Shown piece after piece: positions 12,596 through 25,682 of a stretch of DNA of 64,000 nt. A program made the translations under genes and the position numbers. Position 1 is the stretch's first letter. Every line of letters begins with the position of its first letter. Source of the stretch: Batkoa obscura. Taxonomy: Eukaryota. Under the pieces are notes generated by a model. That model made no database searches. It worked only from the letters and a program-made list of their open reading frames with translations, and had not been told where the DNA came from. The DNA is taken from assembly GCA_030770535.1 (NCBI GenBank), contig JASVEC010000021.1, positions 124,001-188,000 on the forward strand. The letters run 5' to 3'.

Positions 12596-12919
12596 TCTTT
12601 TATAAAATACAAGGGCAAGAGTTTTCATGAAAGCTGATTTTTATTAATGACATATTTTATTAGTATATTAAACATAAATAAATAGTATGGTTTTATTGTA
12701 TAGCACAATACAAAAAGTGTTTTTTTCTAGAGTATAATTATAATTATAGTTATTCTATAATGTCATTTGACTTGTGCTTTCGTTTATAAATAATAGCATT
12801 CAAGTTTTTGAAAACAATAAACTCATGATAAATACAATTTCATAAACGACATTATCTTATCATTTATTATATATTTTTATTTTTAATATTTCTACTAAAT
12901 CGATTGAAATTTCAACTTA

Positions 12920-13922
12920 TCACCAATTGTAAAATGGTTTTGGGTTATAAATTGGTCGAGTATCTCTATGAGGATGCCAAACATTACGGCGAAGATAAAA
13001 ACCTTTAATTTTACGACGTTCGTTCATTCCTTCAACAGTTGGCTTTGGATTTTCTACTTTTTCTTTAAATATAAATTTCATATGACAAAATGGATGCTCT
13101 TTTAAACCAAATCTTCCTCTTCCTTTAATATCTATTAAATTAGTTATATAATTGCCTTTTCCTACCCATGCTTGAGCTAGATGAAGAGATGAATAAAGAA
13201 AATGATTAATTTTATCGTATCTAAAAAGTAAGTATAAAATTAATTACCAATATACATACGCTCTGGATCAAAATTTTTTTGTAATTGGGCATTTTTTCTA
13301 GAAAATACTAAAGCATTCATAATTTTTTTACTAGCTCTTTTCTGGGAAAACTGCATTTGTAAGATAGCTTGATTAATTGATAATCCAGATATTTGGTTTG
13401 CTAATAACATTAATTTACGTAACCCGATTTTAAAATTAGTGGTAGAATAACGATACTATAGAGATATTATTAAAATTATTAAAATAAACGTCTATTATAT
13501 GTTATGTCATATTATGTATTGATAATTACCTCTCTTTCTATTGGTATACCATATTTATCTAATTCTACTTTGGTTTCAATTTCTTTAAATGTTTGAGAAA
13601 ATAAAGATGAAGCGGATTGATCTGGTTTAACTGGTTGTTCTGGTTTTTCTTCTAATAATTTAACATTGGTATGAAATTTTTTAAATTCTATTTTTGAGGC
13701 AATTAATCTATTTAATTAATTATTAATCTTTGTTATTAAATTGGACAATATATTTATATTTACTTTGGAGCAGATAGTTGAGTATTTAAGTTTAATTTAG
13801 TTAAACTTTTAGCTAATTAAAATTAAAGTAAGTTAATAGTACTATTAAATGAATATTATTTTACTTAAACTATTGATATCCGTTTTAAATAAATTTCGAT
13901 TAATAAGTCCCCTATAAAACAT
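12920..13922 (-). CDS. MRPL22: Mitochondrial ribosomal protein uL22m (multi-exon, not in ORF track)
   Basis: Presequence-like MFYRGLINRNLFK; NFKIGLRKLMLLANQISGL, AILQMQFSQKR, QAWVGKG..IDIKGRGRFG..HP; ends KPFYNW*. Confidence 0.9.
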
Positions 13923-14483
13923 TATTTAATAAATAATCTTTGAAATTTTTTATTTTTTAGTATTTTATTTTGAGTTAAATTGGATTGGTAGTTATTATGG
14001 GTTAAATTATTAATTGATTTAAATGACAATATTTCTTCATTTAGTATATTATATTAATATTAGTATTAAATATAAAACTAAATATATATAATATATCAAA
14101 TACTAGGATTATACAAAATAATATATACTGAAAATTCCTACATACGCGTATTGGTATTGTCTAATTATAAAGGTAACAGTCTACCAAATTAGATTAACTT
14201 ATGAGTAAAATGTTAATGAATGGATGGTATAATTTGTTATTAATCACAGATTACTGTTATAAAGAATTGCTTCAAAACATGTTAGATATTATAATAGGAT
14301 GTAGTTTACTATTTAAATTATACTAACGTCTATGAATACAACTATTTTGTACATGAAATAATTTTATTATAAACTTTTTAAAACATAGAAATCTGTGTAT
14401 AAATGTAAGTAGACATAAGTAAACAAATAGTAAAATAGAAGGTATAAATAGAATAGCTTGATTTTATTACACTCATAATTATT

Positions 14484-16013
14484 CTATTCTAAAATAGATA
14501 CATTAAGCTTTACATTCTCCATATTATTAATTTTATCCATCTTTTTTCTCCATGATTCTGATTTGGCTATTAAAAACAAGTCTTTAAAAGTAATCTCTAC
14601 TTCGTTTACCTCATCAATAATCTTAAATTTCAGTTTTGATTCCAACTTCATAAATTCTTTATTACTATAAGCTAACGGTTGTAAAGCTAATACTAATTCC
14701 GTTAACCTACCTAATAATTTTAATTGTTTAACTCGCTGTTTTTTAATCTTGATTGGTAAATAAGATTTAATTAAACTAATATCCATATTTTCACCATAAA
14801 CATAAGTTAATAAAATAGCTAACTCACATCTTTGTTCAATTAAAATACCCGGACACATAGCCAATTCACCGGTTCCAAGTAGAAGATTTAATAAATAATG
14901 TCCTAAATGATCTTTATTTAAAAAATTACAAAATTGGCATAATTTAATGATTGCTTTTAATGATTCATTATTAACATTATATTGTTGATATATATCTTTA
15001 AATAATATATATATATATTCTTCAACTTCTTTAAATAACTTTGATTTGTTTTTTAAAAAATAGTCAATTGAGTCTAAAAAGGGTGATATTGTTTGATTTT
15101 CAATTAATTGATATGCTAATCCATGTCGTACTCCACCAATTGAAAATATAATATTATTGATATTAGGTAATAATTGTAATACTTTATTTGCTATTGAACA
15201 ATTACCTTTCAATTGACTTTTTCTTTGGTTAGATATATGATGAATATCTAATTTATTAATATCTTCTTGTTTCATTGAAATGTACCTATTTAAAACAGCC
15301 ATAAGCTCATCTCTTTTAATAACCAACCCATTCATGATAAAATTTTTAATATTGTTCTCATGAATATATAAATAACCAATACTTCTTAAACCGCCACCCG
15401 AAAAATAAACATTCTCATATTGAAATTTTTTTTCATTTAAATCCAATAAACCTTGTTTTAATTGTTTTTCAATAATCTCTTCTATATTTCCATTCTCTCC
15501 GTTTTTATACGCTAATAGTCTTTGGGAACCTAAAGTTAAAGATTGTGGTTGAGTTTTAATAGTCTTATCTTTGGTATTTAAATAATTAATTTCTAAACTA
15601 CCACCACCTAAATCAAAGATTAATCCATTGACATTATAAATACAAGATACTACCCCAAAACTAGTAATCTTGGATTCTTCTTCTTTGGTTAATATTGTTA
15701 AATCCCAATTTAATTCTTTCTTAATTAACTCAATAAAACTTAGTTGATCTTTTAAATTCCTTATTGATTCCGTAGCTACTAATTTCATTTCATACTCTTT
15801 ATCGTAGCTCTCCAATATCAACTTACATCTTTTAAAATCATTGATTATATTTTTTAACGTCTCTTGCTTTATTTCTCCTAACTCTTCAATTTCAGGTAAT
15901 AAAGCAATCTTGATTCTTTCACTATAAATCATAGGTAAACAAGGGCGTAATTCATTTAAAATACTAAAACGTATAGCATTGGAGCCAATATCAATAATTC
16001 CTAAGGCGGGCAT
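14484..16013 (-). CDS. RTG2: Ppx/GppA-family ASKHA protein, Rtg2-like (intronless)
   Basis: IDIGSNAIRFSI, ATESIR, EEE, DLGGGSLE, SGGGLR, GGVRHG motifs. Confidence 0.8.
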   Translation of the reverse strand: MPALGIIDIGSNAIRFSILNELRPCLPMIYSERIKIALLPEIEELGEIKQETLKNIINDFKRCKLILESYDKEYEMKLVATESIRNLKDQLSFIELIKKELNWDLTILTKEEESKITSFGVVSCIYNVNGLIFDLGGGSLEINYLNTKDKTIKTQPQSLTLGSQRLLAYKNGENGNIEEIIEKQLKQGLLDLNEKKFQYENVYFSGGGLRSIGYLYIHENNIKNFIMNGLVIKRDELMAVLNRYISMKQEDINKLDIHHISNQRKSQLKGNCSIANKVLQLLPNINNIIFSIGGVRHGLAYQLIENQTISPFLDSIDYFLKNKSKLFKEVEEYIYILFKDIYQQYNVNNESLKAIIKLCQFCNFLNKDHLGHYLLNLLLGTGELAMCPGILIEQRCELAILLTYVYGENMDISLIKSYLPIKIKKQRVKQLKLLGRLTELVLALQPLAYSNKEFMKLESKLKFKIIDEVNEVEITFKDLFLIAKSESWRKKMDKINNMENVKLNVSILE

Positions 16014-16239
16014 ACTATTTGGAATACAATGATTCTACTTTTTATTAAATGAAATAAAGAAACATAATTTATATACTCATTTTGATTATATATTCAAATT
16101 TTGATTTTATTCTTTTTTAATAATGACATAATCAATTTCATTTCAATGTAGTTATTTTTGGAATTCAATTCCAATAATGTGCGAATAAAAATGGCTACTG
16201 CTTAAAACTTGAATTCTAATTTTGTATTCATTTTTTATC

Positions 16240-16756
16240 ATGTCAGAAACAAGTAGCATTTCAACCTCAACAAATAAAACTAAAAAAGATGATAAAAATA
16301 AAGGTAATAAAGAGGAATATTTAATTATCAACTATTAATTATTGATTATTAAAATGTCTTTAGTTGTAGTTCGTTTTCGAGCAGTTGGAAACGCACCTAT
16401 TATGGTTCAAAATCATTATAAAATTAATTCAAGTTATCCATTTCAAACTTTGGTTAATTTTTTAAAGAAACAAATTAAATTAAAAGAATCTGATGCTTTG
16501 GTAAATAGTTTTTTGCATGTTCTTTTTTATCTATAGCTGTAAAATGAAGTTGAATTGATAACTGATAGTATTATTTTTCTAGTTTTGTTACATTAACTCT
16601 CAGTTTTCTCCAGCACCTGATGAGTCTGTATTAAATTTATTTAAAGTAATACAATGGATTATTTATATGTAAAATATGATATTAACTATTATTTAGTGTT
16701 TTCAAGTAGATAATCAGTTAATTGTAAATTATTGTTCGAATCCAGCTTGGGGTTAA
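16240..16756 (+). CDS. ATG12: Ubiquitin-like autophagy protein Atg12 (4 exons)
   Basis: VVVRFRAVGNAP, FCYINSQFSPAPDE, LIVNYCSNPAWG*. Confidence 0.95.
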
Positions 16757-16895
16757 AAAATAACCATTATATTCTATTATTTCCATTCTATTATTTTATT
16801 TATTAAATAAAACATTAATTCAAACTCAATATATAAATAAATAGAAGCAACAATTAAATTTATTTATAAGTAATTAAAAAAGTAAATCAAGTTGA

Positions 16896-17907
16896 TTATT
16901 TCCCTGTCGTTTTGACTTTAGCAACGGCATCTCTTAATGAAGCAATGGACTAAATCAATAAATTATAAATATGATAAACAAATGAATCCTAGAAAACCTT
17001 TACATTACTATAAGTTTTAGCATGAGCTTTCACTTTACTAAGATCTTTTTCAAATACAGATTGTTGAACTTTAAATTTAAATTTATGTGATTCATAACCA
17101 TTAATAATCGCATTTAGTCTAAATAAATATTATGAATTAATTTCATTATTAGTAAGTTTCTTTTATTAATCTAATAGTTTACCTTTTGCGTTCAATAAGT
17201 TCTTCTTTTAATTTTATAGCATATTTCTCATGTTCATCCGTAAGCTTGTTGTACTCTTCCCCAACTTTTTGATTAAATATATCTTCTGGCATTAACTCAA
17301 TTGTAGCTTCATTTTCTCTATTAAAAAAAGTTCCATAAATCTTGGTTCATATATTCTAATTCAAATTGGCCTACCTTTCATTTATAATGGCTTTATTCTG
17401 AGCTAACAATACCTTGTTTTCTAATTCTTTAGCTTTATATTTTTTATATTTAATATTAATATCTTCTTTTATTTTTTTATTTTTTTCTTTTTGTTCATTT
17501 GATTTTTGTTGAATAATACGTTGTAATCCTCTTAAATGGGAAAACAAACTATTCACCATGATATTTTCTTGATCTATTCCATTAATTTCAGTTATCTCTT
17601 CATTATTCTGTTATACATTAATTACAGTTAAAATATAAGTTCATTAGATTATTTGATTGAGACTTACCTCATCTTCTGTCTCCAATGCTCTTTTGAGTTT
17701 ACTTTTTGCTATATCTCGAATTTGATCAATAATTTTTTTACCTGATAAATGTGGGAATTCTTTCTCTTGAATTTCTTCTTCGGAAGATATTTCTTCTGTT
17801 TGACTGACATTCTTCAACTCATTGTAGGCATGCTTTATTACTGAGGTGGTTGCTGATTGTGTAAGCGGTAGTTTATTGTCAATGTTACCGGGCTTGATTG
17901 AATCCAT
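16896..17907 (-). CDS. Hypothetical coiled-coil protein (about 5 exons)
   Basis: K/E-rich exons linked by GT-AG introns, ends SLRDAVAKVKTTGK*; family not recognised. Confidence 0.65.
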
Positions 17908-18082
17908 GTAAATTTATGTTTTATGAGTGTTGAAGAAATAGAAGATTAAAATTGAATTGTTGAATTATTTGGAAATTGGATGGATTAGATTGATTGGTTG
18001 TGTAAGTTAACAGTAAATTTTAGACTAAGTTCTATTTTTTAGGCTTTAGAAATAAACAATGTTTTTCCACTGTTTTTATAGT

Positions 18083-18474
18083 GATTTTTTAAATTTGACC
18101 TTTTTATATGGTGCAGGCGGCAAAAGTAATTAACTGCAACTATAACTAGCTTTTGTAAAATTAAGCAATTATCAAAAATAAATTTCAATCGAAAAAATAT
18201 TAGTGGTATAATTAAGATAGGCTAAATAGTTTTCTATTATACTATTAATTTCTAATATGGAGATGTATTATGTATTTAAGAATTTTGCTAAAAATCTTTC
18301 TGTTCAAATAGTGCTTAAAAAATGTAAAAGTAATGAAACCAAAAAACATCCCCATATCATGAACATTTATTATAAATGAATAATAAAGTAGTTAATGTTT
18401 TATGATTGGTGATTGTAAAGTATAATTACTTCTTTTTGGGTAGATTAAAAAGGTCAAATTACTTTAGAAAAATC
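18083..18474 (+). mobile_element. MITE family 2 copy with nested family 1 insertion
   Basis: TIRs GATTTTT..AAATTTGACCTTTTT / AAAAAGGTCAAATTACTTTAGAAAAATC; interior aligns with 42539-42917. Confidence 0.75.
18256..18356 (-). mobile_element. MITE family 1 copy (reverse, nested)
   Basis: TATGGAGATGT...ACATCCCCATA. Confidence 0.85.
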
Positions 18475-18862
18475 TTAATATTAATTACAATCTTATTTTC
18501 TGTTAAAGTTTGTTTTATTCATTTGATATTAAACACCTTAAAACAAAGACGTTATGTTAAACTCGACCATTAGATTCTATTGTTAATAACTTTCTAAGAT
18601 TAAATATCAAAATTAAGTGCCAAAACTAAAATTTAATTTAATAACAATAAGGTTTGAGATACAATGCAAATATATAAAGTAATAAGAGCTATTTTAATTG
18701 TAACAATTTAATAATTTAAAATAACTTTTAAGAGTATTTACCACAATATTAATAAAAATACTTTAAAGTTTTGTATCCTTTTGTGTAATATTCCTTAAAC
18801 ATTAAGACATCAATCTTACTTTTTTATAATAAAAAAGTAAACTTTTATATTTACTATATCAA

Positions 18863-20355
18863 TTAATGAACTCCATTAGCATGTGAATCCTCCCCATTAG
18901 TATTTAAATTCGCTTCATTAGTAACATTATTAATATTCACTGGTATTCTATTCATTGAAAGTCTTGAACTAAAAATAAGATTGAAATCAATAAAAATCTA
19001 AGATCAATTAATTTAAAATTATTACCTGCATGTGTTACATGTTTCATAATATTGGCAATAAACTAAATAGAACAAAAATTAGTTTTAAATTTTAATAAAA
19101 TTTAGTTTGATTTACTTGATAAACAAATAGAACAAACAAAACCGATATTGATCACATTTTTATGACAAAAACAAGAAGCTCTAAAATCTACACCAGGTTG
19201 ACATGGGGAAACCATTAAATCTCTTATTTGATGTTCAGGTAAAAAAGCAAATAATAAATGCTGTAATAGTGAAATTGGTGAAGATTGATATTGTTCATCT
19301 TTTGATTTTTCTATATCTGGTCTTAAATCTAAATATTGACCACCAGAGATATGTGCTCCTTGCTGTAAAAATACTGAATCTTCGCCTGCCAGTTTGACAA
19401 TGTCTAAGGGAATGTTCTAGAATAATTAATCATAGAACTTTATTCTACTTGAAATATTTAATTACCATCCTTTGAGCTGAAAATATGGAATTCATCATAG
19501 GTATATAATGATGAGGTGGATCAGGCGATACTGATAGTATTAATATACGCGATTTTAAGTTATTCAAAGCTTCTTCTTTTATTTTTTGATGTGTATCTAA
19601 ATTGATTTTAATTTTTTTACATAAATTTATCTAAATTTCTTACAACAAAGAGCCTTTGAAATAGCTGCTGTAATTGAGGAGTACTCTAAACATAAAATTA
19701 ATTATAAATTTAATAAACAAATAAACTAAAACTTACTATATCTTGAGTCATTTAATTCAATGTCCATATTACCAATAAAATCATCAAGATTTTCTTGAAT
19801 TTGAATATTCACTTTTTTAAATTCAAAATAATTTCCACATTTTGATAATTCCAATTTCGTTCCATCTTCTAAAATAGGTGCTTTTCGCCCGCAATTTTCA
19901 TATCTTGATATTACTTCTGGTTGGATTTCTTTTTGGCTAGGATAGATGAATTCACTAAATTTAATTGATTTAATTTTAGTACTATTAATTAAATGATGAT
20001 TGAAATTATTATATTATATTATCATATAATAAAAAATAACAAAAAACCCTTACCAAGCCTTTGGATGGGCAGCAATTAAAGCGATTTGATTATTATGAGA
20101 AGAAGCAAGAAATGCATTAATAAAAACTAAAATCTGTTCCAAAGCTCTTTTAAAATATAATGTCTTTGATTTCTGTTTCTCTTCGGAATAATCTCGAAAA
20201 TTACTCTTAGTCTTATTCCAACCAAAAGGATGTAAATCTATTACTATAACTAATAATGATGAAGTTTCATATTTCAATAATGTTTCTCCATAATCTTCTA
20301 AATCAATGTCCCCGTTTTTGTTAGTTGAATCTGAGTATTGGGAATCTGAATCCAT
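18863..20355 (-). CDS. TFB4: TFIIH subunit Tfb4/p34 (multi-exon)
   Basis: SLLVIVIDLHP, LVFINAFL, MNSIFSAQR, LQQGAHISGG, VDFRASCFCHKNVINIGFVCSICLS zinc finger. Confidence 0.95.
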
Positions 20356-20601
20356 TGAAAAATAAAATTGTAATTAACTTAAATTGGAATTAATCCAAAT
20401 TTAAAAAGCTTTTTATGCACGCTATCAAATGATTTCATTCTTATTGGAGGAATTGAGTTTACTTAAATGAACATTAGAAATCATTATTCATCATGACTGT
20501 TCTATTTTGAAACTTTCAACGATATATAAAGCAACCAAGAGACAACTGTAAAATTAATATTAAATACATTTTAGATTCCTTTATTATTATTGAGACGCAA
20601 T

Positions 20602-21607
20602 ATGACCTTCTCTGAAACTAACGACTATAACAATATACAATTAAATCCCAAAAGTTTAAAGAATGTATACTTTAGTGACGAAGCTAAAGTAAAGCAAAAG
20701 GTAGCTAATATCCTTCAAGACGGAGCTAATAAATTACATATTATTTCAGGTAGCTATTTTTTATTCTTATGTTACATTAAATAATAAATTTAACATTTGT
20801 AGATTTTGATATGACCATAAGTAAATTTTGGGTCAATGGAGATCGAAATGTAGGCTCACATGCTGTTTTGACCAAAACTGGTATTGTATCAGATAAGTTT
20901 AAAGAGAATGAAAAAGCGTTATTTGAAAAATATTACCCATTTGAAATATCTCAAACTTTAAGCTATGAAGAAAAATATCAAAAGATGGTTGAATGGTGGA
21001 CTCTAGTTCATCAAGCTTTTATTGATGAAAAGTTAACATACCAAGCTATTAAAGAAGGATTAGATACATTTAATATGGTTTATAGAGATGGTAGTAATGA
21101 CTTTTTTAAATTGGCTAATCAAAAAGGTTTACCTTTAATTGTATTTTCGGCTGGATTAGCAGGTAAGTTATATTTTTTATATTTAATTATTAACACATTA
21201 ATATCTTTTATTTAGATATAATTGAAATATTGTTACAAAACAAGGGTTATTTAAATGATAACGTACATGTAGTTTCTAATTCTATGATATTTGATACAAA
21301 AGAACCAAAGAACATTATTGATTTTAAAGAGCCTTTAATTCATGTATTAAGTAAAGGAGTTATAAAATTTGAAGGTATGAAATTTTATAATGAAATTGAA
21401 AATCGAAGTAATGGTCTATTACTTGGAGATTCTCTTGGTGATGTTTGTATGAAAGGAGGGCTAAATCATAATAACTTATTAACTATTGGATTTTTAAATT
21501 ATGATGTAGAAAATTTATTACCAAAGTATTTAGATAAATTTGATGTTGTTATTGCTGCTGATGATTCAATGGAATGGGTTAATGATTTATTAGAGAAATT
21601 AAATTAA
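20602..21607 (+). CDS. Pyrimidine 5'-nucleotidase (cN-III/NT5C3 family, HAD) copy 1 (3 exons)
   Basis: IIS|DFDMT, KYYPFE, MVEWW, FSAGL, VVSN, LIHVLSK, LLGDSLGD, IGFLN. Confidence 0.92.
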
Positions 21608-22085
21608 GTTTTGTATAGCTTTTCTTTGGGTTTATTTATAAAGCAAAATTTATTTTTTATTTGTTAATCTCAATATTTTATTCATAAGTATATAAGGTAG
21701 TTTAAAAGCTTGGTTCAAATTTTAAATAATTTAATTTTTAGCGAAAAATACAAATTAAGCACTTAGTGCTGCAAATTTTTTACTTTTTTGTTTAATTTGA
21801 AAATAATTTACTGAGACTTTTTATCTAGTTTTATTTAATAGTCTTTAATTCTACATTACATGGGAAATGGACAAAAAAAGTGAATTTATAAAACTTTGCT
21901 TTTGATTTTAATTGAGCTTTTAAACTTATCCATATGTATTCATATTATTCTATATAAATTCATCATTAGTTTAGTTATCTTCCCTTTAAAGCTTTAAATG
22001 AAGACTCAAATATGTAAAGTATATTCCCAAATTAAACTTGATTTAATATATCAAATAAAAGCATAAATTAAAACTTACAAATGAA

Positions 22086-22186
22086 TATGGGAATATATTT
22101 TTGTTTAAGAATTTTACTAACAATTTTTCTGCTCAAATAGCGCCTAAAAAATAGAAAAAGTGATGAAGCTAGAAAATACCTCCATA
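22086..22186 (-). mobile_element. MITE family 1 copy (reverse)
   Basis: TATGGGAAT...CAAATAGCGCC...ACCTCCATA|TA. Confidence 0.85.
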
Positions 22187-22430
22187 TATTATTTTATTAA
22201 TAGTATTCAAAAGTATATTTCGTTAAACATTTTCATTGATTGTAATAGCAGAAATAATTTCTTTTACAAGTCTTGTCTTGTTCAACATTTAAAGAACAAT
22301 AAATAGAATTTTACTGAATTTATGTTTGTTAAGGATAGAAATCAATAGTGACGTAACAAATTATTTCAAAAGAATATCAATATTAAAAGATAACTATTAA
22401 CTTTTTTTACTAAACAGTTCATCTATTAAA

Positions 22431-23421
22431 ATGAATCCGATTATCAATAATTTAATGATAAACATAAATAATCAAACGAATATCCACTATAAAAATAAAA
22501 CTCATTTAGAAACTAAACTTCAAAGATTAGTGCAAGATGGATACAATAAGTTATACATAATATCCGGTATTTTAACCTTTCTTTATATATGTATATATAT
22601 TAAATATTTATAAGATTTTGATGCCACGTTAACCAAATATTCATTTAACGGTAAAAAAATGCTAAATACTCATAAGGTAATTACACAAACCGATATCGTG
22701 TCGGAAGGTTTTAAAATTAAGGAATTGGAAGTGAATGCAAAATACATTCAATATGTTAAAAATTATACTAAAAATTTTGAGGAAAATGAGGAACATATAG
22801 TTAATTGGTGGAATGCAATTCATAGCTATTATATTGAAGAGGAGCTAACACTTAATAAAATTCAACAAGGATTATCTAAATATGAAATGAACTATAGACA
22901 AGATTCTGATAGATTTTTTAACTTAATAAACAAAAACAAAATACCTTTACTAATATTTTCGGCGGGGCTGACAGGTAAATTTCAAATTTAATAAATTTTA
23001 TTATTACATTATTAACAAAAATAAAACAGATATAATTCAACATTTGTTACTAAATAAAGGCTATTTCAATAATAATATACACATCATTTCCAACACCATG
23101 ATATTTTCTAAAGAGGAACCTTATAGATTAATAGGTTTTAAAGAACCCTTAATACATATATTAAACAAAGGAGATGTATTAATAAATGAATTAGAATTCA
23201 ATCAGCAAATTAAAAATAAACATAATTGTATTTTATTAGGGGATTCTCTTAGTGATTTAAATATGAGTAATAATTTTAATCCCACTACTCTTTTAACTAT
23301 TGGTTTTGTTAATCACAATACCGAAGTTTTATTACCAGAATATATCGAGAAATATGATGTAGTGATAACAGAAGATGGTTCATTGGAATGGGTTAATGAG
23401 CTACTAGAATTAATGAAATAA
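22431..23421 (+). CDS. Pyrimidine 5'-nucleotidase (cN-III family) copy 2, diverged tandem paralog
   Basis: IIS|DFDAT, FSAGL, LIHILNK, LLGDSLSD; both introns at the same positions as copy 1. Confidence 0.9.
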
Positions 23422-23526
23422 AAGTCAAAGTTCAACAGATATAAAAATTTTGTTTTTTTAATCAAATTATTTTCTACATTTTATTGAAATGAAAAGGTTG
23501 AAATTTATAAAGTATTTAAACAAATA

Positions 23527-23623
23527 TATGGGGATATTTTTTAGTTTCATCACTTTTTCCATTTTTTAAGCGCTATTTGAGTAGAAAAACTGCTAATAAA
23601 ACTCTTAAAGATATATCCCTATA
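23527..23623 (+). mobile_element. MITE family 1 copy
   Basis: TA|TATGGGGATAT...ATATCCCTATA|TA. Confidence 0.85.
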
Positions 23624-23884
23624 TATTGTTATTATAATTTAATCGAAAATATAAGAATGTAGTAAAATAATCCTATTTTTTGTTGCAAAAAGTGAAAAGT
23701 TGCCGCTTGCAACAGTAAATCCTTTCTTTGATCAAAAATGACCATTATTTGCTAGTAAGATTGCTTTAGTGTTGCAATTTACTATTCTTATAACAAGTGT
23801 TTTGTCAGAATTTGCAAACTTGTTTGCACTTCTATAAATTGATATCCCTTAAAGTATTTAATTTTTCAGCTACTCTTTTAAATA

Positions 23885-25325
23885 ATGGAGTCTAGTTCCA
23901 ATAACGAGGTAGCTAAAAGTAAAACCAAGCATGTAAGTAAAATAAAATAAAACAATTAAATGGTGAATAAGTTCTATCTAACAACCTAAGAAGTTTAGTT
24001 TAAGATGGTTAGATCTACTACCGTTAGAATTATTAATGATAATATTTTCCTATTTAACGCAAAAAGAGATCTATTCCTTAGGAACCGTATGTAAAACGTG
24101 GCGACGCTCTATAATCAGCATACCAATGATATGGAGTTATATAAATTTAAATTTTAGTAATCCTAGCCATAAAAAAAGGTTGTTTTATTCAAATGGAAAA
24201 CATTATGCCGTATATACATTATCATTATTTTTGACGAGAGCTAGAAGTAACTTAAAATCTATATGTTTAAATAGTTGTCCTAAATTAGAATACACCTGGT
24301 TTAAACAATTGAATAGTTTTCATCGGCCAAATCTTAATAATTTTGAAATACTTAATTCAAAAGTTACATTCACTTTTTTTGCACCTTTGATAAGACAATA
24401 TAAAACCAATTTAACAAAAATAACACTTTCTAATTGTGGATTAACAGCAGATATTGTTCAAGAGATATTATTAAGAGTTCAAAATTTAACTCATTTAGAT
24501 ATATCCAAAAATGAGTTAACTAATAATATATTTTATACAACAGATGGTAAATTAATTAAATCAGTAACAACCTTAAAGCATCTCAATGTTGCTGGATTGA
24601 AATTAAAAGGGTTATTTATACATACTATTAGTTGTTTATTCCCAAACCTTAAAGAAATGGATATAAGTAATACAACTGGACTCGAAATAAAAATTATCAA
24701 TGAACTTTGTAAAAAATATAAATTAATAACTAAGATCAATTTATCAAGTATGAAAAATGGACTAACTCGAAATGAACAGCCTTATTTTTATTTTCGATTA
24801 TTAGCATTAACATTTCAAGATTTAACTTGTTTAAATTTAAGTAAAAATTTTTTCATTGATAGTAAAGTGATTTATTGCTTAAAAGAAGTACTTGGTAATT
24901 TGGTAGATATTAATTTAACTCAAACTTTTGTTGACATAACTGGGGTGAAGTTTATTTCCAGTTCATGCTCTAAGTTGAAAATATTATCGATTGCCGCCTG
25001 TCCTTCTATTAATGATGAGGCTCTATTAGCTTTAGTTAATTCAAAATCAAAATGCAAATCAAGTCTAAAACATTTGAATATTTCTAGGTTAACTTTTGGT
25101 GAACAAACTTTACATACTCTTTTAACCAATTTAGAATTAAATTATCTTGATTTAAGTTATTGTCCAAAGGTTTCAAATCATGGGCTAAGTACTTTACTTT
25201 CTAACCCATCATATCCATTAGACTATTTGGATTTACGTAATTGTTCCTTAATTTCTTCAGAGTTTGTTAATTTACTTAGGAAACAATTTAAATCTTCTAC
25301 CATTTTACATTGTTATTCTTATTAA
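23885..25325 (+). CDS. F-box/leucine-rich-repeat protein (2 exons)
   Basis: LDLLPLELLMIIFSYL...LGTVCKTWR F-box followed by repeated LxxLxLSxC LRRs; short first exon MESSSNNEVAKSKTKH. Confidence 0.9.
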
Positions 25326-25682
25326 GCTACAATAAATTTGTTTATTACTCAAAGCTATTTGAATATTAGCACTAAATTTAATAACATGTGACTATTTTTA
25401 ACTGTTCATTATATTTCATTCACTTGTATTTACTATATCTTTTTCAAGTGTTTTAATTATATACCACTTCATCGATCTTTTTATTGAACTCATTTATTTA
25501 CATTTGTTTTTTAAATCCTATAATTCAGTCCATATCTAATAAAACATCTACATTAATTAAAATAGATCGAAAGTAACCTTAATTAAGCTCAACAATATAA
25601 GTTAATAAATTCCAAATAACACTATTTAATTTGATCGAAATTTAGATAAATTTTATATCTGATTTGATAGGTAAATATTTTG

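Noticed and set aside
12407..12628. Short ORFs 12407-12628, 39054-39242, 42372-42599 with similar translations
   Set aside because: The similarity comes from overlapping MITE family 1 copies, not a protein family.
14484..16013. Recent bacterial transfer of an intronless exopolyphosphatase
   Set aside because: Motifs fit the widespread fungal Rtg2 family and base composition matches the host.
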